A stretch of DNA of 64,000 bases from Candidatus Marinacidobacterales bacterium (GTDB lineage Bacteria; Acidobacteriota; Vicinamibacteria; Marinacidobacterales; DATDRI01), in assembly GCA_965219415.1 (NCBI GenBank), contig OZ244742.1:768001-832000 (forward strand), given 5' to 3'. Shown here piece after piece: positions 1 through 9,671 of the stretch. The position numbers and the translations under genes were made by a program. Position 1 is the stretch's first letter. Each line of letters opens with the position of its first letter. A model generated the notes under the pieces. It was not told the DNA's origin, searched no databases, and worked only from the letters and a program-made list of their open reading frames with translations.

Positions 1-13
1 TCGTTGGTTTCAT
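1..13 (-). CDS. 5' start (MKPT...) of a gene running off the left edge, probably another arginine biosynthesis gene
   Basis: ATG at 13..11 with GGGAGG RBS at 27..22, downstream of an ARG-box promoter; only 4 codons visible. Confidence 0.4.
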
Positions 14-67
14 GCTTAGTGCCTCCCGTCGGCCGGGCCGGCTATTTCTCGTGACCGGCCCTTGATC

Positions 68-117
68 CATGAATACATATGCACTCAGAGTGTATACAGT
101 TGCATACCCCTAGTCAA
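68..117 (-). promoter_or_regulatory. Tandem ARG boxes overlapping a sigma70 promoter
   Basis: 18-bp boxes catgaatacatatgcact (68-85) and agtgtatacagttgcata (89-106) with a 3-bp spacer; TTGACT(117-112)-17-TACACT(94-89) on the minus strand. Confidence 0.8.
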
Positions 118-144
118 CCCCGTCCGGCCCGACCGGACAACGGG

Positions 145-903
145 TCAGGCGGTAAGAACCGTCCCCCCGTCTGGGCGGCCGATACCGCTGACCCCGACGA
201 TGCGGACCCGCGGCACACCCGATCGAAGGGCCCAAATGGCGGTCTCGAGCTTGGGCCGCATTCCGTCGGTGGCGATTCCCCGCGAGATGAGGCGCTCGGT
301 TCCGGCAAGGTCGAGGCCCTGAATGATCGACTGGTTCCCTTCCCTCACCCCGCCACTATCGGTAACCTGAACCAACTCGTCGGCACCGATCTCGGCCGCC
401 ACTCGAGCCGCGACGGTATCGGCGTTGATGTTGAAGAGTGTGCCGTCGTTTCCACCCGCGATCGACGGAATGACGGGAATGTCTCTTCGCTCTAAGGCCG
501 CTCGTATCGACCCCACCTCGATCCGCTCGATGTCACCCACCAACCCGAAGTCGATGGTCTCACCGTCAATCTGGAGCGGCGCTCGGCGTCGTGCTCGGAG
601 CACGGAGGGTCCGGCGATACCCACTGCCGGCACCCCGGACGCGACAAGCGTACCGACTAAGCGGTTATGAACGAGGCCGGCCAGAACCATCAACACCACG
701 TCCAGAGTCGCTTCATCCGTGACGCGCCGCCCGGCGACCTTCTGAGTGGAGATACCAAGTCGACAAGCCATGGCCGACACCTGCGGTCCTCCGCCGTGCA
801 CGACAACGCGAGGCGTGTCCGTCGCGGCGAGCACCGACGCGATCTGTGGCAGGTCCTCTGCGAGTGACGCCCCGCCCAGCTTGATCACTTGTACCGATTG
901 CAT
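145..903 (-). CDS. argB: Acetylglutamate kinase
   Basis: VIKLGG, VVVHGGG, GRRVTD, NINAD, GMRPK motifs; true start MQSVQ at 903 within the longer ORF 145..1485. Confidence 0.95.
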   Translation of the reverse strand: MQSVQVIKLGGASLAEDLPQIASVLAATDTPRVVVHGGGPQVSAMACRLGISTQKVAGRRVTDEATLDVVLMVLAGLVHNRLVGTLVASGVPAVGIAGPSVLRARRRAPLQIDGETIDFGLVGDIERIEVGSIRAALERRDIPVIPSIAGGNDGTLFNINADTVAARVAAEIGADELVQVTDSGGVREGNQSIIQGLDLAGTERLISRGIATDGMRPKLETAIWALRSGVPRVRIVGVSGIGRPDGGTVLTA

Positions 904-911
904 CGTCTCCC

Positions 912-1922
912 CTACGGGAGTACCCCAACCGGCCACGAGAGCCCCGTCTCTTCGGGTAGGCCGATAGCGAGGTTCATGCACTGGATGGCCTGCGAAGCGG
1001 CGCCCTTGAGCAAATTGTCGATGGCCACGAAGGCCGTCGCTTGCCCCGAACGTACCGACACCGAAACGGCAGCCCTCGGTGTACCGATAACGTCGGTCAG
1101 CTGAGGCGGTTGCTCTTGAACTCGAACGAAAGACTCTTCCTGGAAACGGCGGCGATAAATGTCGAGGAGGCCCACCGACGGATCGGTCGGAAAAAAGACG
1201 GTTGCGTAAATACCGCGAACCAACGGTGCGGAATGAACTTGCAGTTCGAGGGGATACTTCTTCGCGTTCAACTCCGCCAGCGCCGATTCGATTTCCAGCT
1301 GATGGCGGTGGCCGTTCGGTTGGTAGGCGAAGAAATTGAGCGCACGGTCCGGATGATGTGTCTTGGCCGCCGGCCGGTGACCGGAGCCGGAGGAGCCGGT
1401 GACCGCGGAGATCCAAGGAGCGCCGAGCACCACCTTGGCTTCCAGCGCGGGGATGAGGCCCACCGAGGCCGCGGTGGCGAAGCAACCGGGTACCGCGATA
1501 CGGTGCGCTTCGCGGATGCGGGAACGGTTCAACTCCGGAAGCCCGTAGACGAAGTCCTGCTGAAAATCCCAGGCCGAGTGCGGCCCGTAAGTCCCTTCGG
1601 CGCGTTCCCGATCGTCGATGCGAAAGTCTGCCGACAAGTCAATGACGCGAAGCTCTTTGGGGATCGAAGCGATGCGTTTCGACGATTCGCCATGAGGTAG
1701 AGCGAGGAAGAGAAGATCGAGGTCTTCGAGTTGTTCTGGCTCGAGCCCCTTCAGCAATCGCAACGAGCTGGCACCGAAACGCGGCCGAAGCTCGGCAAGC
1801 TCCTCGCCACCGGCCTGTCCCGCGGTGGCCGCCACGAGCTCCGCCTCGGGATGATGAAACAATAGACTCAATAGCTCGCCACCGACGTAGCCGGACGCGC
1901 CTTCGACAGCGACACGTATCAT
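912..1922 (-). CDS. argC: N-acetyl-gamma-glutamyl-phosphate reductase
   Basis: GASGYVG, LALPHG, DLSADFR, YGLPE, PGCFATA, GSSGSG, HRH, DNLLKGAA; ATG overlaps the upstream stop (ATGA). Confidence 0.96.
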   Translation of the reverse strand: MIRVAVEGASGYVGGELLSLLFHHPEAELVAATAGQAGGEELAELRPRFGASSLRLLKGLEPEQLEDLDLLFLALPHGESSKRIASIPKELRVIDLSADFRIDDRERAEGTYGPHSAWDFQQDFVYGLPELNRSRIREAHRIAVPGCFATAASVGLIPALEAKVVLGAPWISAVTGSSGSGHRPAAKTHHPDRALNFFAYQPNGHRHQLEIESALAELNAKKYPLELQVHSAPLVRGIYATVFFPTDPSVGLLDIYRRRFQEESFVRVQEQPPQLTDVIGTPRAAVSVSVRSGQATAFVAIDNLLKGAASQAIQCMNLAIGLPEETGLSWPVGVLP

Positions 1923-2962
1923 GATCGTTCGAGTGCCGACACCTTCGGCTGGATCGCGTCGAAGAGTTGACGACCATCCGTGCAAGCGTTGACCGCCGGC
2001 ACACCCAAGGTTTGCTCGAGCAATTGGCTCGAGGCAGGACTGTCCGTCACCGGGCCGGTGATGACGTCGGTGGTAAGGCCCCAGCGTCGCAAGAGCTCGA
2101 CACCGCCCCACGCACCCACGTGGTCAGATGCGCTCAGAACCAAGACTCGGATGGCTCGATTCAAAGACGGTTCTTGAAGAAGCCGATCCACGCCGTAGGG
2201 TCCCAAGATGCCGTCGCCCAGCTCGGCAACGATGAGGTCCGGGCTACTCTTGTTGAGATGATGCAAGAGCCCGTTGGCAAAGGAAGTCAGCTCCGGTTCG
2301 TCCACCGTCGAGGCCAAGCCTGCGTCGAGGAACGAGACCGCTTCGTACGCTCCTCTTTGTCTCATGCGCAGAACATCCCTAAGACAAGCGACTCCCGTTA
2401 GCTTCACCGCCGCGACGCGGAGCCCGACGGCGCTGGCGCTGGCCACGAGCTCGGTGGCGGCCCGGGTCTTCCCGGCGCTCATCGACGTGCCCACGACTGC
2501 CACCACCGGACAGATCGAGCCCAGCTCTCCCCGCCGAGGAATCGCGCTGCCAGTCATACAAAGGGGTTGTCCGTCTTGCCCGAGCCGATCGATGACCTCC
2601 ACCGGAGTCGGGACGCCAAGGTCCAAAAGGCCTCCGGTGAATCGCCCGACGATGCCACCCAAGCTGAGAATCGAAAGCCGATCGCCGGGACGCGCACTAT
2701 CTGGGGGGCTACCGACGAATCCGCGGAGCGCCTGCCGGCGCCCGGCAACGGCTACGAATTGGTCACCGCTTCGAAGGCTCACCGTGTCGCCGCTAGCTAG
2801 CTCGAGACTGTCGTAGGCGTTGTTGGGCTCCAGGACACGGACCAGCAGCGCTTCCCCGGCCCGCACGCGGCCCGGCCCGAGCCCTTCGGTTCGCTGGCCA
2901 AGCGGCAGGCGACATGCCGCCGAAGACACGTAGTCCCAGCTTATCGGGGTTCTCGCGCTCAC
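1919..2962 (-). CDS. DUF1611/DgcN-like P-loop protein, first gene of the argC-argB operon
   Basis: GTSMSAGKT P-loop, KLTGVACLRD, SFLDAGLAST, ELGDGIL motifs typical of DUF1611-like proteins; GTG start at 2962 chosen because 3007 lies inside the promoter. Confidence 0.75.
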   Translation of the reverse strand: MSARTPISWDYVSSAACRLPLGQRTEGLGPGRVRAGEALLVRVLEPNNAYDSLELASGDTVSLRSGDQFVAVAGRRQALRGFVGSPPDSARPGDRLSILSLGGIVGRFTGGLLDLGVPTPVEVIDRLGQDGQPLCMTGSAIPRRGELGSICPVVAVVGTSMSAGKTRAATELVASASAVGLRVAAVKLTGVACLRDVLRMRQRGAYEAVSFLDAGLASTVDEPELTSFANGLLHHLNKSSPDLIVAELGDGILGPYGVDRLLQEPSLNRAIRVLVLSASDHVGAWGGVELLRRWGLTTDVITGPVTDSPASSQLLEQTLGVPAVNACTDGRQLFDAIQPKVSALERS

Positions 2963-2969
2963 GGTTGCG

Positions 2970-3027
2970 TTTGCATTATTATGCAGACTTACGGTATAAT
3001 TATCCACATTCGATCGGTATGGGTCAA
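2970..3027 (-). promoter_or_regulatory. Tandem ARG boxes overlapping a sigma70 promoter
   Basis: tttgcattattatgcaga (2970-2987), 3-bp spacer, acggtataattatccaca (2991-3008); TTGACC(3027-3022)-17-GATAAT(3004-2999). Confidence 0.85.
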
Positions 3028-3053
3028 GTGAATTAATAAAGGATAGGAGAAAG

Positions 3054-3512
3054 CTAGGACCTGGAGATCAGTTTCAGCCGCCGTTCCACGCGAGTCGCCT
3101 GCGGCTGATTCCGGCAGATAAGGAGGATGGTGTCGTCGCCGGCGATGGTTCCCATCACCTCGGACCATTGGGCCTGATCGATCCCGCGGGCCACACCCTG
3201 GGCGTTACCGGGGGGTGTCTTGACGACCAGAAGATTATTGCTCCGCTCAACACCTCTGACGAAAGCAGCCACCGCAGGAAACCCCCCCTGCCCGGAAAGC
3301 CCGGCGGCGGGCGTTCCCGCAACATAGCGATAGCCGCCCCGCCCGTCCGGCCCCTTCGCCACCCCGAGCGACTTGAGCTCGCGAGAAAGCGTTGCTTGAG
3401 TCAATTCCACGCCGCGTCGGCGAAGATCTTTGAGGAGCTCTTGTTGGGTGCGCACCGGTTTGCGCCCGATGACTCCGAGAATGATTTCCTGGCGGCGACT
3501 GCGTTCTGCCAT
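3054..3512 (-). CDS. argR: Arginine repressor
   Basis: TQQEL, TQATLSRELK wHTH; KTPPGNAQ and GTIAGDDTIL C-terminal motifs. Confidence 0.97.
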   Translation of the reverse strand: MAERSRRQEIILGVIGRKPVRTQQELLKDLRRRGVELTQATLSRELKSLGVAKGPDGRGGYRYVAGTPAAGLSGQGGFPAVAAFVRGVERSNNLLVVKTPPGNAQGVARGIDQAQWSEVMGTIAGDDTILLICRNQPQATRVERRLKLISRS

Positions 3513-3639
3513 TTGTGTATCTCGCGAACGGCAAGGCTACCACGGAGAAGATCGCCGGGAAAGCCGAAGAGCCGCGGCGATGCCTCGGCAATGCCCAACG
3601 TAATGATAGACTACCCGCTCCCGTCTGCGAGGACCCACT

Positions 3640-3936
3640 TTGTCAGATCTCCGCATCGGCATCGATCTCGGTGGAACGAAGATCGAAGCCATCGTTTGAA
3701 TCCCAGTGTGGGGTCGCTATGTCTTCTCGGGACACCGTGGGGACCCGACTCGTGGGTGCCGGCCTCGGAGATTCAAGCGGCGTGCACGGTGCCGCCAGGC
3801 TTTGGTAGAACCCTTTCAGGCGTCAGTGGGGGGACGCCAAAATAGGAACGTGCCACTGACCGGACGTAGCCAGGCGTCGGTTGCTGCTTTGAACCGCGCC
3901 AGACGCCGGGTCAGATCCGGCGCCTTGCCACGTTGA
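3640..3936 (+). pseudogene. Degraded ROK-family sugar kinase fragment
   Basis: GAGGA RBS then TTG-SDLRIGIDLGGTKIEAIV-stop (3640-3699); only weak ROK-like continuation in a shifted frame. Confidence 0.6.
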
Positions 3937-5376
3937 TTGGGAGCAGCATCCCATTTTGGCGCCCGCACGCACAACACGCCTGCACTTTTTTGTATCTGCC
4001 CCCTTGTGACTGACCCTGAATAACTGGCGGCAGTTCAGGAAGAGCCGGCTGAGTTTTGAATGAACTCAGCGGCACGCACGCCCGAAGCTATGGCGCCGTT
4101 CATCGACGCCGTTTCGGTGTGCTCGCCGGCGAAAAAGACACGGCCCTCGGGTTTGCGAGCGATGGCGCGGAAATCTTTCTGCCCCACTCCGCGGAACGAA
4201 TAACTCCCCCTTGCCCAACGATCCTCGTTCCAGTATTTCACTGCCGCACCCTCCCAAGAGGTGGGAGCCTCCGGCCAGACCTTAGTCACCTCCGCAAGGG
4301 CAGTTCGACGCCGGCCCTCGTCGGACAACAGTCCGAGCCGCTCGGCGTCGGCACCTGAGGTGAAGCTCATCAGGATCCCGCGTGGCCCGGGCTGATCGAT
4401 CGAGGTGTCGTAGACGCGGCGGAGCTTCGTATCGGTGAAGACGCGTTGCCCGATGCTCCCAGGCTCGTCCCAGAAGCGGCGCTTGTATTGCATCGCCACC
4501 TTCATGACCTGGCCGTAAGACATCGTGCGGATGACATTCATTTTTTCGAAGCCAAAGGCCGGCGTGATTTCGATATCGCGAAGTACCTTGAGTGGAATCG
4601 CGACAACGAGCCATTGGCGCGCGCATCGAGCGCACCGCCCCACGCTCTTTGAACCAAACTTCCCCACCCCCAACATCGTGCGCGATCCGTAGCACCGGAC
4701 GGCGGTAGAGAATCTTTTCGGAGAGCCTGCGAGCGAAGGCTTTGGGAAGCTGATCGTTTCCGCCGAAAATTCTTCCCTCGTCGACGTCTTCGTTGAAGAA
4801 TCCAGCGGAGGCATGAGCTCTCACCATGCTAAGGGCCGACATTTCGTGAGGCCGCGCGGTCGACTCGGTCGCGTTTAAGTATGTGTAGAGGGCAATGATG
4901 TCTTCCGGTGCACCCTTGTCGAGCAGAAGCTCGACGACCGAGAGGTTGTCCAACTTGAGGATCTTGAGGATCTCGGGCGGTAGGTTGTCACGGTCTTCGA
5001 TCTGCGCCACCAGGTCCTTCGTGTACTGCATTTCCTGACCGAAGAGTCTACCCGGCTGCGCTCCCTGGTACGGGAGATTCACCCCACTGCTCTTGAGAGC
5101 CTCCATCGAGATTCTTTTGCCGCGGACGAAGATGCCGTCGTATAGCTTGGCGGTCAGGACTTTGAGCCCGAACTCCCTGCAATACTTGTGGTCGAACTCG
5201 TCGGAGGCATCGACGTACTCGGCCCCCATCTCCGCGTATAGCCCGTCGGCGAAAGGGTCACGATAGGTTCGCACCCTTCCACCCGGCCTCGAGCGCGCCT
5301 CGAGCACCGTCACACCGAAACCCGCCTTGTCGAGCTCGTAGGCGGCCGCCAACCCCGCGAGACCGGCCCCGAGAAC

Positions 5377-6633
5377 TGGGCTTGATCCGGTTTCGTAGAC
5401 GGTTTAGTTAAGCTGGCGAAGTCCTCATCCGTCGTTCAAACTCGGCCGGACTGACCTGGCCGAGGGTCGAGTGTCGTCGTCTCTGGTTGTAGAATACCTC
5501 GATGAAGTCGAAGAGGGCCATCTTGGCCTCGCCGCAACTGAGGAAATGCTCCCCAAGCTTGTGCTTGACCGTGGAGAACCAGCTCTCGATGACGGCGTTG
5601 TCGTAGCAGTTGCCCCGTCGGCTCATGCTCCCGGTCATGCCATGCGTCTCAAGGAGACGTTGGTAGTCTTTGCTGGCATACGGACTGCCCTGATCGGAGT
5701 GATGCAAGAGCCCCGCGGCCGGTTGGCGACGTTTCAGTGCCATCCGCAACGCCTTGATAACCAGGTGACGGTCGTTAATAGCACTTACGGCCCACCCAAC
5801 GAGGAATCGCGAGTAGAGGTCGAGGAGCGCCGCGAGATAAAGCTTCCCGCCGCTGCCGATCACGAACTCGGTCGTGTCCCCGACCCACCGTTGGTTCGGC
5901 GCATCGGCGACGAAGTCTTGCCCGAGCACATTGGCCGCGACGGGCTGGCCATGACCGCTTACCGTCGTGCGCTTGAAGCGTTTGCGTACTCGAGCAATGA
6001 GGCCTTCTGCCTGTTTCAACCGAATCACCCGCTTCCGACTCACTCGATACCCCTGCTCGTGCAGGTCGTGATAAATCCGCGGACTCCCATAGGTGCGGCG
6101 ACTCGCCTCATGGGAGGCACGAATCAACACGCGCAACTGGCGGTCCCGGCGCGCGTGGGCCGACGGCGGCCGACGTACCCAGGCATAAAAGCCACTCCGA
6201 GAGACGTTGAGAATCTGACACAGGTGAACGACCGGTACGGTGGCCTTCTCCGCCTGGATGAACGCGAATCTTACTCGCTCTCCTTCGCGAAGAAGGCCGC
6301 GGCTTTTTTTAAAACGTCGCGCTCCACCCGCAACCGCCGATTCTCTTTGCGGAGCCGCCGAAGCTCCTCGCGTTCCACGCCCGTCAAGCCCGTCCGGCCC
6401 TTCGTCCGATCGGCCCGGGCCTGACGGACCCAGTTGCGAAACGCCGATTCGGTGAGGTCAAGCTCCCGGGCCACCCGACCCACGCTCTGGCCCTCATCAA
6501 GCACCAGCCGGACCGCGCCTGCCTTAAACTCGTCATCAAACTCCCGGCGGGGTCGCCGGGGCTGCGTTGTCTTTGCCATTGTGAACATCGTATCCGCCTT
6601 TCAGAAAGTGTCCACGAAACTGGATCAAGCCCA
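5377..6633 (-). mobile_element. IS3-family insertion sequence (1257 bp)
   Basis: 24-bp terminal IRs tgggcttgatccggtttcgtagac / tgggcttgatccagtttcgtggac; 3-bp AAC target duplication (5374-5376, 6634-6636). Confidence 0.96.
5408..6588 (-). CDS. IS3 OrfAB transposase (programmed -1 frameshift)
   Basis: OrfA HTH ending LKKAAAFFAKES; A7G slippery run at 6310-6303; OrfB rve core WVGDTT, HHSDQGS, DNAVIESWF. Confidence 0.93.
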
Positions 6634-6965
6634 AACCAGTACTTCTTTTCGATGAGCCTGCCTGCCGCCCGAGTGCTCCGTGCGCGAACGAGGGGCTCCA
6701 AGCGGCGACGCTGAATGCGCCGGCAGACCGCCGCAAGAACGCTCTCCGATCAATGGGTCTTCTGTCCCCGTTGCTCATGGCTTCCCCCTGGAACGAGGCT
6801 CGAACCTAACACAACTCCAGGGTAGTGGAGTCGTCGAAGAGTTTGAACATCATGAGTAAGCCGCGGCGACACCATACACGGAGACAAAAGGAAACTGGGT
6901 GCAATGAGTAACTTAGATCAACTTAGAGGACGTAAGGAGGACCGACAGTAGCCCGACCCGGGTTG

Positions 6966-7563
6966 CTACTTGTTCAAGTGCATATTGGTCAAATGCACGG
7001 GCTCTCGCGTCGCGCTTTGTTAGCAGCAGTCGTTGTTTCTCTTTGTCATAGCCGACTTTGAGTGCCACGTATACGATACCGGTTCCCTTCTCTCCCCCGG
7101 GAAGCTCGAGTCGGAGCGCCGAGATATTGTATTTCTTGAACTCGGGATCTTCCTTGCCACGCATCGGCCGATCCGTCACCAAGACGATGATCGTCTTGCC
7201 GTTCTCGGTCGTCTTGCGCGCGTAGCGGGTGACTATGCGCGGCAAACCGCCGACGGTATCGGACGCCGTCTGCGAGTGGACGAATCCGGTCTCTTTTTGG
7301 CCATGGATAGCCTTCACGAACGCCTCGTGTCCCCCGTCCGCGAGTGCCTTGAATAGTTCGGCTCGCTCATCCTCGGTCGACCATCGATCGATGGTAACTC
7401 GAACAGTAGCGGAGTTGTTCAGGGCGTCGCGGCTCTTGTTGATCAAGAAGCCGCTGTAGACCTCTCTCTCATCTTCCGCTATCGCATGAGCGGTTATCGC
7501 GAAGAAAAGTATCGCTAACGCCGAAGTCACATATGAGAACATCCTCTTTCGCTGCACGAACAT
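6966..7563 (-). CDS. Exported hypothetical protein, probable frameshift near the C-terminus
   Basis: Signal peptide (AITAHA), RBS GGAGGGG; a more plausible C-terminus SATREPVHLTNMHLNK* lies in a shifted frame ending at 6966. Confidence 0.7.
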
Positions 7564-7572
7564 GGCCCCTCC

Positions 7573-8982
7573 TTATAAACCCAGCAGTGTCGGAAGCTCT
7601 ACCTCCAACGCACTCTCGGCTTCTTGTTGCGTCTCTCCGAGGGCGATGACGTCGATCTTACCCGCGCCGGCCATCGGACCCACATTATAGAAGATAAACC
7701 GGCCGCGACGCCATCCCGCATCATAGAGCGAGTCACCGACACGGTCGAGGACGTCTTCGAACGCGGCGCCGACTAGCTCGGGGTGCACGAAGTCCTGTGC
7801 ACGATACGGCGGCCGAGGAGTCCCGACAAGACGATCCACCAGGTGCATAGGGATGCTGGTGCCTCCCCAGCGCCCGTTACATTCGACGAACCTTACCCGG
7901 CAATCGCCCTCAGGATCCCCTACGACTAACAGATCGAAGGAGCACCTTCCCACGTAACCCAGGTCTTGGAAGGCCGTCGCGATCTCGAGCGACGCGTCAC
8001 CGATACGTTGATTGAGCGCCGTTGAAAGAGTCGACGGCCGACTGCCCATGAATACACTCGTGCCGGGTGTAAGAATTTGTTCGTAGATCCCCTCTAGCCG
8101 CGGCGCGCCCATGCCGACAGGTGGAAGCCACAACTGCGTCGAGGGGGTGACATTCGTTTGCTCCCAACCGACGGCCAGTACCGTTTCCTTGCCATCCCAT
8201 TGGGTGCGATCCAAAAAAGAACGGACGTCCTTCTCGACGGAGGAGGCACTCCGCCCGGCGAGGGCGGCAGCCTCCAAAACCAAGTTCCCCATTCCGGAAG
8301 CGCACCGGGCGCGTTTGAGCGCGATGAGGCGGTGGGTCTCGGCGAGCTCCAGAAGGTGGCTCGCCAGTCCGGCGGGGTTCGTCGTCATACGCGTATCGAC
8401 CAACCAGTCCTCACCGAGTACGACGCCAACCACTTCGCTGAAGAGCGCCTTGTCGTTCGCCAGCTCGGTTATCGGCGGAGGTGGCCCGATAACCGTCACG
8501 ATGTTTCCGGTTTCATGTCGAATGCGGCCGGCTAATTCCCAGACCGGCTCGATACTCATGTACGGGTGGATCACGAGCCCCGCTGGACGAGCACATTCGA
8601 CGAGACGTTGAAAGGCCGCGCCCTCACTGCAAGTCCGGGTCACCGCGATGGGACTCGTCACGACATCGGCAACCATCCCGTCTGGGCTGCCGAGCTGAAG
8701 CCGCTCACGACAATAGTCCTCATAGCCGGCGACCGGTTGAGTAACGGACGCAAATAGATCTCCGTCCCCCGCGCGCACTCGAGCCCGGTGCTGATATTCT
8801 TCGACTCCTGAAATCTCATCCAAGAAGGGAATTTCGGAGACGTCATCGAGGTAAAGCGTCGGTCGGTTGTCTACTTGACCAAACCACCTCCGATCCTGGT
8901 AGGGCGCGAGCTTTTCTTCGAGGCCGAGCCTCTCCCCGATGGACCGAACCGCGGCGCGCGCGTGAGCCCAACGAACCGTCAT
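7573..8982 (-). CDS. Pre-ATP-grasp / PGM1-like ATP-grasp peptide ligase
   Basis: ANDKALF, ASGMGN, PSTQLW, YEQIL, GYVGRCSFD, ECNGRWGGTS ATP-grasp motifs; start MTVRW with RBS GGGGAAG. Confidence 0.75.
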   Translation of the reverse strand: MTVRWAHARAAVRSIGERLGLEEKLAPYQDRRWFGQVDNRPTLYLDDVSEIPFLDEISGVEEYQHRARVRAGDGDLFASVTQPVAGYEDYCRERLQLGSPDGMVADVVTSPIAVTRTCSEGAAFQRLVECARPAGLVIHPYMSIEPVWELAGRIRHETGNIVTVIGPPPPITELANDKALFSEVVGVVLGEDWLVDTRMTTNPAGLASHLLELAETHRLIALKRARCASGMGNLVLEAAALAGRSASSVEKDVRSFLDRTQWDGKETVLAVGWEQTNVTPSTQLWLPPVGMGAPRLEGIYEQILTPGTSVFMGSRPSTLSTALNQRIGDASLEIATAFQDLGYVGRCSFDLLVVGDPEGDCRVRFVECNGRWGGTSIPMHLVDRLVGTPRPPYRAQDFVHPELVGAAFEDVLDRVGDSLYDAGWRRGRFIFYNVGPMAGAGKIDVIALGETQQEAESALEVELPTLLGL

Positions 8983-9110
8983 TCTTCCCCTTTGGAGAAG
9001 TGTCGATAGAGAAGGAACGCGCCGGCCCAAAACCAGTTTAAGAGCGTGAACGTGACCACCGCAGGGATTGTAGCGGCCTCCGGAGTCGAGTGGCAACGAA
9101 CGGATGTTGC

Positions 9111-9353
9111 CTAGTCTTCACTCCGGAAAAACTCGCTGACCATGCCCACGACGAAAAGCGAACCAAAGATCAGAAGGAACGGACCAACCGCAACGAACAG
9201 GTAGTAGTACCAGGGGAAATCGTTCGTAAAGAGAAAGAGGGCCCCGGCGGACAGCAAACCGAACAAGACAAGAGCCGCTGGAAGCTCGATGGGAGCAAAG
9301 CCCGATTGCCGCATTTGTCGACTTCGTGCCCTTTGAAGAAGGAGGCTAGCCAA
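9111..9353 (-). CDS. Small two-TM membrane protein
   Basis: Two hydrophobic helices; start uncertain. Confidence 0.55.
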   Translation of the reverse strand: MASLLLQRARSRQMRQSGFAPIELPAALVLFGLLSAGALFLFTNDFPWYYYLFVAVGPFLLIFGSLFVVGMVSEFFRSED

Positions 9354-9671
9354 TTCTCACCTATGTCCCCGAACGTTCTATGAGTGATGTTCCCGGGCCC
9401 TCAATCAACGGCCCATCCTCTTTTCGTCGCTCCGTCAGTACGATGAAAGTCTGTTCCGGTAAGAAAATCGGCGGAGCTGGTTTGCGCTTGGTGTCGTGAT
9501 TCATCCTACCCTGAGCGCTCCGCGTCAGCTTGTCTGTCTAGCAGAACCCGAGATAAGAGCTCCCTTTCGAAACGGCATACGGTTCTTTTTTCATCGCTTG
9601 CGCGAAGCGCACGTCGTTGATGCCGCAAATGGGTCATTCACGCAGAGAACGTTCGTACTCATCAATATAAT

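Larger units (their letters stand above)
4035..6778 (-). pseudogene. Tat-exported flavin monoamine oxidase / L-amino acid oxidase-like gene interrupted by IS3
   Basis: Tat peptide DRRAFL at the 6778 end; VLV|LGAGLAGLAAAYEL rejoins after IS removal; EARSRPGGRVRT; C-terminal FFAGEHT..MNGAIASG; extra frameshifts near 6645 and 4620. Confidence 0.9.

Noticed and set aside
904-1485. N-terminal extension of the 446-aa argB ORF as a possible ArgA-type fusion
   Set aside because: It overlaps argC in another frame and has no protein-like motifs; the real start is at 903
3790-3870. Minus-strand PLTPERVL resembling a xanthine dehydrogenase C-terminus
   Set aside because: Flanking residues do not support it; likely a chance match within the degraded ROK region
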